From Hemiscyllium ocellatum (taxonomy: Eukaryota): a stretch of DNA of 64,000 nt. This document shows, piece after piece, positions 52,848-63,719 of the stretch. The position numbers and the translations under genes are program-made. Position 1 is the stretch's first letter; each line of letters begins with the position of its first letter. Location: contig NW_026867487.1 in assembly GCF_020745735.1 (NCBI RefSeq), positions 3,968,001 to 4,032,000 of the forward strand. The letters run 5' to 3'. The notes beneath the pieces were generated by a model. The model was given only the letters and a program-made list of their open reading frames with translations. It was not told the origin of the DNA and ran no database searches.

Positions 52848-53286
52848 ATGTGTTTACTGTATTTTTTACTGGTAATAATGGCCGTAGTGCCCGGTAAGTC
52901 AGTGTTAAATTCGTCATTTACGTTTGATTCTACTTCCTTATTCAAATTTTTAACACTTCATATGTGTTTGTTGCAGGAACGAGCGGCCAGTATTCAGTTT
53001 CCCAGGATGGAACTGAATGGACCATTCCGGAAGGCCATACTACATCACTGAACTGCCGTTACACAGCAGCAGCATTAGCTGGAGAAACTCTCTTTTGGTA
53101 CATCCAGACTCCTGGGGAAGCTCCGAGATATTTACTGCAGAGATACAATGAGCAACAAGGGGACAGATCTAAAGATTTCACCGACCGGTTTTCTGCTCAT
53201 TTGGACAAGGAAAAGAAAACAATTCCTTTAAATATCTCCGAGGTTCAAGTCTCCGATTCTGCCGTCTACTACTGTGCACTGAGCTC
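52848..53286 (+). CDS. Apparently functional TCR alpha/delta V segment: join(52848-52893, 52977-53286)
   Basis: 46-nt leader MCLLYFLLVIMAVVP G|gtaagt, 83-bp intron ending ttgcag|, then GTSGQYSVSQDGTEWTIPEGHTTSLNCRYTAAALAGETLFWYIQTPGEAPRYLLQRYNEQQGDRSKDFTDRFSAHLDKEKKTIPLNISEVQVSDSAVYYCALS. All canonical residues are intact. Confidence 0.95.
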
Positions 53287-53325
53287 CACATTGATGCACA
53301 GAAGCAGTCGCCCTGTGCAAAAACC
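53287..53325 (+). other. 23-bp-spacer recombination signal sequence
   Basis: CACATTG, 23-nt spacer ATGCACAGAAGCAGTCGCCCTGT, nonamer GCAAAAACC. Confidence 0.93.
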
Positions 53326-54394
53326 GGCAAGACAACATGACGGCCTCCTTCTGGATAAGACGGCTGAACATAACAAAAACACCCTTTTAAGATTATTTTT
53401 CTCAAGAGTTTTCTTTTTGTAGTTTCCATTCCGCAAAGTTCTGTGTAAACACACCTTTATATCAGGTATGTGAGTGTGTGTGTGTTTGTGCTATTTTAAC
53501 TCACCGTGAGTAGGTCTGTAAAGGACTGATTCTGGCATGAATACTGCAGCATCAGTCATTATTTTTCGTCTTTTCCTAGAATATAAATTGTCCCAATGAA
53601 GGAGTCAAACTGTTGTTAATTGCCAGTTCGTTATTATTTCCGACATCAGCCAGGAGACTTTGTTCTGAAGCTGAGTTCATTTCAGACTGATATCCATTGA
53701 GTTATGAAATGACCTCGAAATATGAGACTTGGGAATTATCCAGCAAGGTGAACACCCATTAGATCACCTTACTGAGTAGAGGAACACGAGCGACATTCCA
53801 ACTCGAGTCCTGCAGTTTTTCCTCACTGTCATCTGTGGCCCGCTTTCACAGGATAAAAGATCTGTGAGGTGGTCTGGTATAAACAACTGGCAGTGCAATG
53901 GGATATAACGCACATTAGTTACTGCTCAAAACTAAAATCAGTTCTGTGCTGAATCCATTCGGCATTTTCTGCATCTGTTCAAACTGAATGATCGTTCTGA
54001 GCAGGCTCAGACACTGCAACAAGGACCACAGCAAGTCTTGGAGAAAAACACAGCCTCAACGTGAGCAGGTGTACAACATAAAGGATGTTCATAACACATG
54101 TTGAGTAGCAGCACGTAAGAAGGTGTCACCTCTGCACAATGTCTCGACATAATACCTCCCATTAGTGCCAAGCGGAGTGAAACTTTAAACTTCATTCACT
54201 GCACAGTATGCAATTGGCAGAAGAAACACGATGCCATTTATTTGAAGTGTATTTATTTTAAAGCAGGTAAATTAGTCAGCTTATTTGGCTCGTAGTCATC
54301 TTCGCTCACCAATGCTTGACATACATTCCAAGACCGCCACCCAGACAATATCACCGCTCACCCATCTCTGTTTTGATGCTGCATATTTAAGGTA

Positions 54395-55330
54395 TCAGGC
54401 AAAAACCAAAATAGCTCTTAGAGCTCAGCAAGTCTGGCAGTGTCTACAGAGCGATGTTAGAGTTAATATTTCAGTTCGAGTAACTTTTCGTCAGAACTGA
54501 TGGTCATTAGGAAAGTGTTGGTTTATATGTAGATCATAAGTTGGGCGCAGTGGGTGAGGAGTAAATGGTAGGTGAAGATAGAGCCCAAAGAGAGAGAAGA
54601 ACAATTGGATATGCGAAAGAATTGATAAAGATCTGTCTATAAGAGTGAAAATAGCTTTAACGGGACTGTTACTGGCTTAAAGTCGGTGCTGTGCAATAGC
54701 AGACTATGTGATAACAAGACCTGGCTGTGAGCGTTGGGATGGAGAGATGGGAAATCTCAACCCGAAAGTTATTGTATTCACTACTACTACTATTACTACT
54801 ACGAGTAATAATAATAATGACTACTACTACTAATAATAATAATATTAGTAGTAGGTAATATTAATAGTAGTAGTAGCAGCAGCAGCAGCAGTAGTAGTAG
54901 TGGTAGTAGCCATAGTAGCTGCTGTTGTTGTAGGAAAAAACTAATAATTTACGAATACATTCAACAGGGAGTCCAGATGGAAAATATGATGCAGTTCTTT
55001 CAGGTTGCGCTGAGTTTCACTGGATTACTGCAACAAGCCTGAGGCAATGATATTCACCAGGGAACATGTTGTTGTTTTATAGTGACAAAGTACTGAATAT
55101 TCAAGGTCTTCATTTCCAACCAAAGTGTTCTGTGAAGCAGTCACCCAGTACATGCTTTGGTTCTTCAATTTCGAGGATACCACATTGTGAGAGCAAATGC
55201 TATAGACTAGATTGTACGAAGTGCAGGTAAAGCGCAACATTACTGAGATATGTGTTTGCACCTTTGCATATTGAGGAGGATGGAACTGAACGGACAAGTA
55301 TTACATCTCTTCTGGCTAAAAAAGTAGTAT
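54395..55330 (-). mobile_element. Old Penelope-like fragment interrupted by a (TAC/TAA/TAG/CAG)n simple repeat at about 54781-54930
   Basis: ORF 55025-55297 contains RFTCTSYNLVYSICS, the degenerate GIY-YIG start. The terminal segment gcaagtctggcagtgtctacagag...gttaatatttcag resembles the Penelope ends elsewhere in the window. Confidence 0.75.
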
Positions 55331-55885
55331 TCGTAAGTTTGTGTGGTCTATTTTGGGTAAAGGAAGAGTGGACCAGCGAAACTGCAGACAGTTAACAATG
55401 AGCGAGAGGGAATATGCGTTCAGAAATCTCAGGTGTCCCATGTATAAACTATATCACATCTCAACCTGCCTACAATATCATTCTGATTAGTGATAATGAA
55501 CGAAAAGCGAACTTTTCAATCCAGTTACAAAAATAGAATTTCCTTTATTCATCCAGCTAGTTTTAGATCAATTAATGTTTGAGCTGTGGTTCAGGCGAGT
55601 TTTTTTTCTGTATTCCGCTGGCGAAAAAGCTTCTCGTAGGTGGATTAAAGAGTAGATCTCTACATTTGGTAATCTTTTCCCAAGCAACAGTGATAAACTC
55701 CAATGTCTCTCTTTTCTGACGTAAACAGAAAATTGTGACGTTCGACAGTTCAAGGTCGAACAGTCGCATGAATCCCTGGAAGTGAAATCAAATTGAACAT
55801 AATCCAGACTGACAGCTTTTTCTTTCTGGTTGCTCTGCAGATTTTTGAGACGCAGAAACAGCCCACCATTTCAATAGCAGCAGCA

Positions 55886-56977
55886 ATGTGGCTGTCTGTT
55901 CTTTCTCTGGCCTGGATGAGTTCAATTGTTGGTAAGGACTTTATAGTTTAAAAAGGATTTTAATGGGTGAGCAAATATATTTGATAAATGGCGTACACAC
56001 GTGAGACAAATATCAGAGCTGGGTTAGAGCACACCTGGTAATTGTACGCATTTCTGACCACTGACTTACAAACAAAAAGAAGGGATACAACGCAGAACAG
56101 AAAAATGGTTTGGAGAGATGTTGCTGGAATTGAAAGATTGACAGACATCAATGTTTGTGTTAGGTTCCTTTCTCCACTAATGAAAAGATTAGCAGATCTT
56201 CAGATTGATATTGTTCAAATGGGGAAAATACCTTTTGTTCCAATCACGTTGCGATTTCTTGCATTTGAGAAGTATTCCAGATACATACACTTCAAACACA
56301 AACTAAAATGGCACAAAAGAATTCAATGTTCAGTTCAGGAAAAGAAAATCAAATTTTTAGCCAGAGAATTGATAAAATAGATTTTTTTTACCATATGAAG
56401 TTGTTAGAATGAACAACAAAAATGCACTTAAGAGCAATGCAGGTAAGCAAGCGAGGGGGAAAGGACTGCAAACACATGTTCATAAAATGAGACTGAGAAA
56501 TGGGAAGTTTGTGTTTGCCTGTTATTCACATAATTATGAGCCTTACAGTCCTAATATGCTTTTTCTACTCTAAATTCTATGTATTACAGATAAGATGATG
56601 TATTTCTAAATTCAGTTCACTTTTCTCGAACGTTTTATCTTTGATTTCTGTTTTCTCAAATGCTATGTTCCAGATCTGAGTGATGCAGTTCCTATTAGTC
56701 AACAGTATTTTTCGTTCATGCGGACAGAGGGAGAAGATGTCACTTTAAATTGCAACTGCACTGACGATGGTTACTACTTGTTCTGGTACCGTCAATACCC
56801 AGGCAAACAGCCCGAGTTTGCAGTTCAGAGGCCCACAAGCGGCAGTGCGAAATGGAAGGCAGATTTTGCTCAGACTCAGTTTTCTGATGCCCTCCAGAAG
56901 ACAGAGAAGTCGTTCCGATTGAACATCTCGCAGATTCTGCTGTCTGACTCCGCCGTCTATTACTGTGCAATCAGCCT
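55886..56977 (+). CDS. TCR alpha/delta V segment with open frame but defective RSS: join(55886-55931, 56674-56977)
   Basis: 46-nt leader MWLSVLSLAWMSSIV G|gtaagg, 742-bp intron, then ccag|DLSDAVPISQQYFSFMRTEGEDVTLNCNCTDDGYYLFWYRQYPGKQPEFAVQRPTSGSAKWKADFAQTQFSDALQKTEKSFRLNISQILLSDSAVYYCAIS. Confidence 0.9.
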
Positions 56978-57015
56978 CAAAGTGACAGAATGGATGAAAT
57001 CCTCGTACACTAACT
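56978..57015 (+). other. Degenerate 23-type RSS
   Basis: CAAAGTG (third base of the invariant CAC changed), 22-nt spacer, nonamer ACACTAACT. Confidence 0.85.
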
Positions 57016-58023
57016 GCCGCATGTTTCTGGGTCACAGCTGCTGTTATTGAGGACTCTTTGTAACAGCAGGTCACAGACTTATGCTTCATATTCACGTGAA
57101 GGGAAAATCTAGTAGGGCAGATCAGATCATCAGCATTTACAGTTCTTCACAGTGAATACTGTTTCTGATTAGTGTATTGACTGTGTGAGGACCGAATACC
57201 CTGCTCTTTGTTTGAGGATCTCAGAGAACACCTCACTCAATTTCATTGAGAATACAAGCTGTGCAGCCGGCCTGGCACTAACCATTTCTGTGTGCCTACC
57301 TTTTTGAAAAAATGGAACGAATTAGTTTCAATGTGAAATTGATTAATGTGGAAGGGAAATCAGACCTCCACGTGAGAACATATCTTAATAATTGCAAAAC
57401 ATCCGATTAAAGACTTCTTAAAATACATGTATTGAAAGTTAGAATCTAAAACATTACAAGGTAAAAGGGAATATTTTCAGGATATAATGAGTGAAGAACA
57501 ATGATATTGATGGCAATAATATGGAAGGACAGCCGTGGGGTTTCCTTGGAATATTTGGTCAGAAAACTGAGCGAATATGAAAGCACAATTCATGAAAAAC
57601 AAAACTAGTACTTATTGTGTCGAACATTTAAATGGCGTTTAGACATCTGCTGTCATCAGGTAGGCTGGTTAGGTATTGAAATAAAAATAATCATTTTATT
57701 TTTTCTCTTATCTACCCTGTGATGCTTTCCTGTTTCAGTTACATATTCAAGATGACCTGAATAGAGTCTAGTCAGATATTTAGGGAGACTAATCTGCCAC
57801 AAATCTTTTGAGATATAAAATTATATAAATTCACGAATCGCATATTTACAAGTTCAGAATGTAACCTATGTAAGTGGTGCAGAGGAACCCTTTGCCAATG
57901 CAACAAATATATGGCGATTTCTCAATTCAGTTCATTTCCAGAAAACATATAGAACGTACTGATCTCTTCGCATTCTGCAACCCGGATTTTGATCCTGTTA
58001 ACTTCGTCACATTACGTGAGTGA

Positions 58024-58516
58024 TTTTATTGCCTGCTCCCTCTGGTTCCCGTTATCATATCGCTTAACTTGCAGTAACGCACCAAGTTGTCAGACAGCAA
58101 CTGATCACTGATGATAAATTGCCCCTCATATTTCGAAGTATACATAGATGCAGAGAATTGAGCACGAGTGCAATCTGCTGTGACAACATTCCCATATTTA
58201 GGAATGTCATGAAGAATATTGTTTCATTTAGGCTGGTCCTGGCAGCACAATTCGAAGGTGTCTCTTGGCAAATAACTGAAATGAATAGTAACCACATCTC
58301 TTTGAAACTGTGTCACGATAACAAGCTCCTGTGAATATCGTATCTGCACAACTAATGTCTGCAGAAATATAGAAATGAAATGCCATTAAAATGACATTGA
58401 TAATCGATGCTACATACTGAAAACCTACATGCAAGACAAAGAAACACAGTGAAACTAAAAATTGCCAGAACCATGTTACCTAGCCGTGATCATGTTACAA
58501 CATACAATCCCATCAT
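58024..58516 (-). pseudogene. TCR alpha/delta-type V pseudogene, paralog of 21162-21657
   Basis: Leader MMGLYVVT*SRL G|gtaaca (58516-58480); acceptor atatttctgcag| with the exon from 58358. It reads DISCAD, frameshift, VTQFQRDVVTIHFSY...YGNVVTADCTRAQFSASMYTSKYEGQFIISDQLLSDNLVRYCKLS. Decayed RSS CGATATG-23-GCAATAAAA; its spacer core ACGGGAACCAGAGGGAGC matches ACAGGAACCAAAGGGAGC at 21626. Confidence 0.85.
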
Positions 58517-58989
58517 TTAAAGGAGTTGCAAAAGTGAGGAATGAGCAAATGATAAAAGTCAACATGTTTTCAGAGAGAATGGTGGGATTGAACAAAGGGA
58601 TCAAAGCTGAACGGCTTCAGCCAAGAATCCGGGATGTTTCATATCCAGACTCCATGCTAATTAGTTCATTCTGTCACAGTCTTCCAGTCGCCTTAGAGAT
58701 CCATTGCTCTCCAATTCTAGACATCAACGTGCTGGCCATATGAATCGGGAATGGAAGCTGGAGGATGCCATTTGACCCTTCAAACCTTGGCTTCCAGTTA
58801 ATGAAACCATGGTAGACTTGCCTCACTGATAAACGAATCAAATAACGTCTGTCCTTTACAACTCACGGAATTATCTTCAAGCACTGAAATACACTCAGCA
58901 CATTGGCTAAACATATTTTCCGATAGCATAAATAAGTTCAACATGAGCTTTCAGCAGAATTTGGGGTTTTAACAGATTTTAATCTGGGT

Positions 58990-59770
58990 CACTGATGAAA
59001 AAAATGTAATGCTGTGGTACAAATGATACAATCCGTAATTAACAGCACTGCTCACTGATCAGAAACAAACCGCACAACAATTCTGTCATAGATGTGTATT
59101 GAAGTGTCAGTATGCGACACGCTGTTATAATCAGACATCAATGGGCAGTCGCTGTCATCAAGAAACCCCTGGCATTTCTTATACGAGTATTTCACTCGTT
59201 TCCAGCACAGAATTGCACAGTTTGAGATCGTTACTCGATTGTCTACGGAAGACAATGCCTTCTGAAATGTAACAGAATATTCCCTTTTACCTGGATGAGT
59301 GCAGCTCCAACTACACTCGAGAATCTCGACACCATCGACAACAAAGGACACTTTTTGATTGTTCTGACACCTGCAAGCATCCACTCCATTAACAGCTGAC
59401 GCTGATTTGAAATTGTGTGCATTATTGTGTACATTATTTCTACATGCATTGTAGAAATTTGCCTTAGCCATATTGTTAGACAGCACCTCCCAAACCCACG
59501 ACCACTTCCATGAAGAAGGGGAAGGGCAGCAGACACATCGTATGGCCAATACCCACCAGGTTCCCTCTGAGTCACCCAGCACCCTGAATTGTAAATATAT
59601 CGCTGTTCCTTTACTGTTGCTTGTTGAAGACTTTGGAATTCCCTTACTAACGGCATTGTTGCTCTACCTACAGTACATGCATATCAGTGTTTAGGAACGT
59701 CATCTTCACCACCACCGTCTGATGAACAACCATCTTGGAATGGTAATGAATTACCTACAATGAAAACGCA
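58990..59770 (+). mobile_element. Old LINE 3' portion (CR1/L2-group)
   Basis: The plus strand reads EYSLLPG/WMSAAPTTLENLDTIDNK, the RT C-terminal tail, followed by 3' UTR ...tatatcgctgttcctttactgttgc...ggaattccctt. Confidence 0.8.
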
Positions 59771-59839
59771 TCACTCTTCAGGTCAGGATCAAGTTCAAAA
59801 TGCTTCAGCTGTGGTCTCATTAATGTTTTGCATCATTGA

Positions 59840-60420
59840 AGGAAAAAAAACTTGCAGACGTGTCGTCAGAGGGTCTGTTCAACAACAAATGGAAGTCAGT
59901 TTGGATCAGTATGAGGTTCTGCTGTTTGGTACGACAACCAAGGCCAGGGGATGAATAACGAATGGTAATATCCGTAGAAGCACCGTGGGTCAGAGGTTAC
60001 TCAGTGTGCATGCGCACTGGGACTTACAGGTAGCAGCACTGGAAGAGAGAATGGCTAAGAATGCAGACGGGATGCGTACCTTGTTGAGTCAAGGTAAACT
60101 TACGAAAGACAAAGATCGGCTGTGTTGAAACAAACTTTCAATTTAGTGGAAGGATCAATGGCCATTGGTCATAAATCGAAGGTGAAAGGTAGCTGGTTTG
60201 GAGGAACGTGAGGAAATATTTTTCATCTACAGGATGGTTGAGGGTATAAAATTCACTGTCTTTAATTGAAGTAAAGACAGGCACCCACATGATATCCAAG
60301 AAGTAATTAGAAGTCCCCTTGAGACACCAAGAAATACATGGAGGTGCTGGGAAATTGCATTTAAATACTGAGTTTTTCTAAACAGCTTATATTGGATGGG
60401 ATAAAAGGAGTTTTCATGAG
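59840..60420 (+). mobile_element. Degraded CR1-like LINE 3' fragment
   Basis: ggatcagtatgaggttctgctgtttgg, ggtcataaatcgaaggtgaaaggtagctggtttggagg, tttttcatctacaggatggttgagggtata. Confidence 0.7.
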
Positions 60421-61624
60421 TGAGACAGAGCGAGAGAGAGAGAGACTCCTGGTGGAGGTTTGACATGAGGATCATCATCTCTCAAGTGAGGTTCAGGGTT
60501 GAGAAGGAAAACCATTCTTGATAACCTCTGCTGGTCTATGAACTGAACTCACACTCCTGTCATCAATTTGCAATGCACATCAGCCAACCAGCCGCCTGAA
60601 TGAAATAATCCCACATAAAAAGAACACTGCATGAATTGATTGAAATAAATGCATTTTAAAGATATAAGGCCAGAACAATGACGAGGGACGCTCTGATCAG
60701 AAACGAAATGAAAAAGTGAACTCTTGTCTTTCTGCAGAGTGCCATGTGACTCCCGGTGGATCTGGCATCAAACTTTTTTATTGTATTAATATTTTCATAA
60801 TTAGTTGGAAGCACAGATCTTTTAATTTGCGAAAGGTGAGCTAGATGTTTAAGTTTTTTTTAATTTTTCATTCATTGTGGCAATCAAAACCAAACATGTA
60901 AAAAAGAAAGTGTATTGTTGAATGCAATATAAGTCCGATGGAGCTGCAGCAAGAAGCCTTGCATGGCAATCTGAATTCATGGGCAAGTTATAGCATGCCG
61001 AATGTCATCAATGCATAATGGGGCGGAGAGTGAGAGAGAGAGAGCATATCACAGTAAAAACCCTATTTATAACTGGGGTTTTCCATTGTGTCATTAATAT
61101 TTAACCAAACATAACATCCAGTTTAATTGTTTTCTATATTAGCAACGTCTATTTCATTCAGCAACAATTTAAGATATGCTTACCTTTATTAGAATCAGGT
61201 CCTGACTATAATATGAATTCGAATGACACAGTGTCCACTTCATCAAACTGCATCAGTTAACATGAAATGAGATTTTGTTTCGTGACGAACTGTTAACATA
61301 TATGAGCTCTGCATTACAGTAGGTAATGCCATTTAGCTCTTAGTATCACAAAAGACCACATCTTTTCAATTCTTTATTTTAATCTTATATCACATACATC
61401 TTTATGCGAAATGAACAGCAGATACAAGATATTATGAAGCCAGAATTGGATTTGGATTTTCCACTGCACATGTAATTTAGCAGCAATTATTAGTAAAGCA
61501 ATTAACCGACAGTTTTGGAAGGTTGGGCCTGCAGGTGATCACCAATAATACTCTTTAGAACCATGCCATTGGGAAGGAGGAGTGTTAATCTCGGTGTGTG
61601 TGGCAGGCGTTTGAAAGAAAAACA

Positions 61625-62015
61625 NNNNNNNNNNNNNNNNNNNNNNNNNNNNNNNNNNNNNNNNNNNNNNNNNNNNNNNNNNNNNNNNNNNNNNNNNNNN
61701 NNNNNNNNNNNNNNNNNNNNNNNNNNNNNNNNNNNNNNNNNNNNNNNNNNNNNNNNNNNNNNNNNNNNNNNNNNNNNNNNNNNNNNNNNNNNNNNNNNNN
61801 NNNNNNNNNNNNNNNNNNNNNNNNNNNNNNNNNNNNNNNNNNNNNNNNNNNNNNNNNNNNNNNNNNNNNNNNNNNNNNNNNNNNNNNNNNNNNNNNNNNN
61901 NNNNNNNNNNNNNNNNNNNNNNNNNNNNNNNNNNNNNNNNNNNNNNNNNNNNNNNNNNNNNNNNNNNNNNNNNNNNNNNNNNNNNNNNNNNNNNNNNNNN
62001 NNNNNNNNNNNNNNN
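61625..62015. other. Assembly gap (N run)
   Basis: 391 consecutive N. Confidence 1.
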
Positions 62016-62176
62016 AAAAGAGGCAAATATCAGTCAAAAAGTTCAAGATATATCTGCATGTTGTTTTCCGAAATAACTATACTAGAATGTCGAAATTCAA
62101 ATTAAAGAGTTGACACAAACAATGAACTCGTTATTTCTGATCCTGGAGAGTGAGTTCTGTATTCTACCAATCTGAA

Positions 62177-63099
62177 TTAACGATTATGCAGTTTGATGTA
62201 CTGTTGAAAGAATCGAGTGATCGTATTCAGTGGCCAAATCAGCACCTTCTTCACCTCCTCTCTAAATTTTTTCTGAGCTATTGCATATATGAAGACATTA
62301 TTGCAGGAACTCAGCAACTGCAGCATGTTTGTTGTTTCTTGAAAGATATACTGAGGATCATTGAAATCCACGCTGGTGACATAGCCATGACCTGTAACTT
62401 GACCGTAGAGGAAATACACAATATAAGTGGCCCACAAGAGGAGGAAGCTGAGTGATATTGCGAAGAGAAGAACAATGGATCTCTTGCGGTTAGCCACCTC
62501 CTGATCTTCACGATTCTCAGCACCCCGGAGCCTCTGGCGAGCTCTGCTGGCCGCCAAAATGTGTTTAACGGTCAGGACATTGAGCAGAAGAATGAGGAAG
62601 AAAGGCAAAAACGGGGCAAGAATGTGATCCAGCCAGTCATACACCTGCCAAATAAGTGAAGTGTAGAAATTTGACTTGATCACACAGAACCAAGGCACCC
62701 TGTTCACCATGTACAAAGGCTTGAAGACGAAGTAGAATGGGACATTCTTGATCCAGCTCAGGAAGCAGACTATTCCTATAACTAGCAATGCAGTTTTCTG
62801 ATTGCAGTATCTGGTCTTGAGGCTTGGGCAGCAGATGGCTACAGAACGGTCAATGGTAAAGGCAACAGTCAGCCAGACTGAGCCATCTCTCGTTGCATAG
62901 GCCAGCACAGCGCTGGGCCTGCAAAAAGGAGTTGTGGAGAGTACACTGTTCCGGAAATATATGCTTCCAATTCGGTTCAGGATGACAACAGTGATGATAA
63001 TAAGCAAATCAGTTGCCGCTATTGCAACAAGGTAGTAGGTAATGCACCGGGAGAGACCACAGCGACCTCGGGCAAGGATTATGATCGCCACAAAATTCG
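62177..63099 (-). CDS. Intact main coding exon of a GPR139/GPR142-like class A orphan GPCR; first exon not found in the window
   Basis: Uninterrupted 7TM ORF: ANFVAIIILARGRCGLSRCITYYLVAIAATDLL (TM1-2), TPFC...VWLTVAFTIDRSVAIC (TM3, DRY-like), PWFC (ECL2 Cys), PFLPFFLILLLN (TM5), KRSIVLLFAISLSFLLLW (TM6), QLLSSCNNVFIY (TM7). Polypyrimidine acceptor ctttctttcgattcacag| at 63100. The upstream M at 63163 probably lies in intron. Confidence 0.93.
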
Positions 63100-63379
63100 C
63101 TGTGAATCGAAAGAAAGGCATGGGATATGAATGATTCCAAAAAGCAACTGGAGTTTTCTCCATTTCGTTTTGGAAGACCCTTAATCTTGTTCGTTTTCCA
63201 TCTACACACTAACTGTCATAAATCCCATGGTTATTCATTTAATTTCTAATGTTGATTTTTGCATTTGCCAATAGAAAACTTATTCATTCAATCCCTCTTC
63301 TCCAATCTACTCTGCAGTGTGATGGTAGCCTGTCATCGTACAAGCCCTACTGTGTAAAAGCAGCCCAACAGTTCATTTG

Positions 63380-63700
63380 GCGCAACAAGTCCACGCCAAA
63401 CCTCCAAAGAATATACCAACATGTCACACCACACAAACGTATCTTTCTAACCCTGCATTTCCCATGGTTTATCCATCTCAGCCACACATACCTGTACATT
63501 ACATGCAATTTAGCATCGCCAATCTATCGTGAACCTTCACATCCTTGAATAGTGGGAGGAAAACCAGAGCACTGGAGTAAACCACGCAGATATTAGGAGA
63601 ATGTGCAAACTACACAAAGACATTCACCCAAGAGTGCGTTTGAACCTGGGTATCTGGAGCTACCAGGTAGCAGTCCTAACTATTGAGCCACCATGCTTTC
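63380..63700 (-). mobile_element. tRNA-derived shark SINE (HE1-like), degenerate
   Basis: gggaggaaaaccagagcac...aatgtgcaaactacaca...tttgaacctgggt...gagccaccatgc is the reverse complement of the SINE head and core. Confidence 0.85.
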
Positions 63701-63719
63701 TTGAAGGGAGACTTGTTCA

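Noticed and set aside
59052-59656. Long minus-strand ORFs (176 and 137 aa) that might be a novel protein
   Set aside because: They are antisense to a LINE RT tail on the plus strand.
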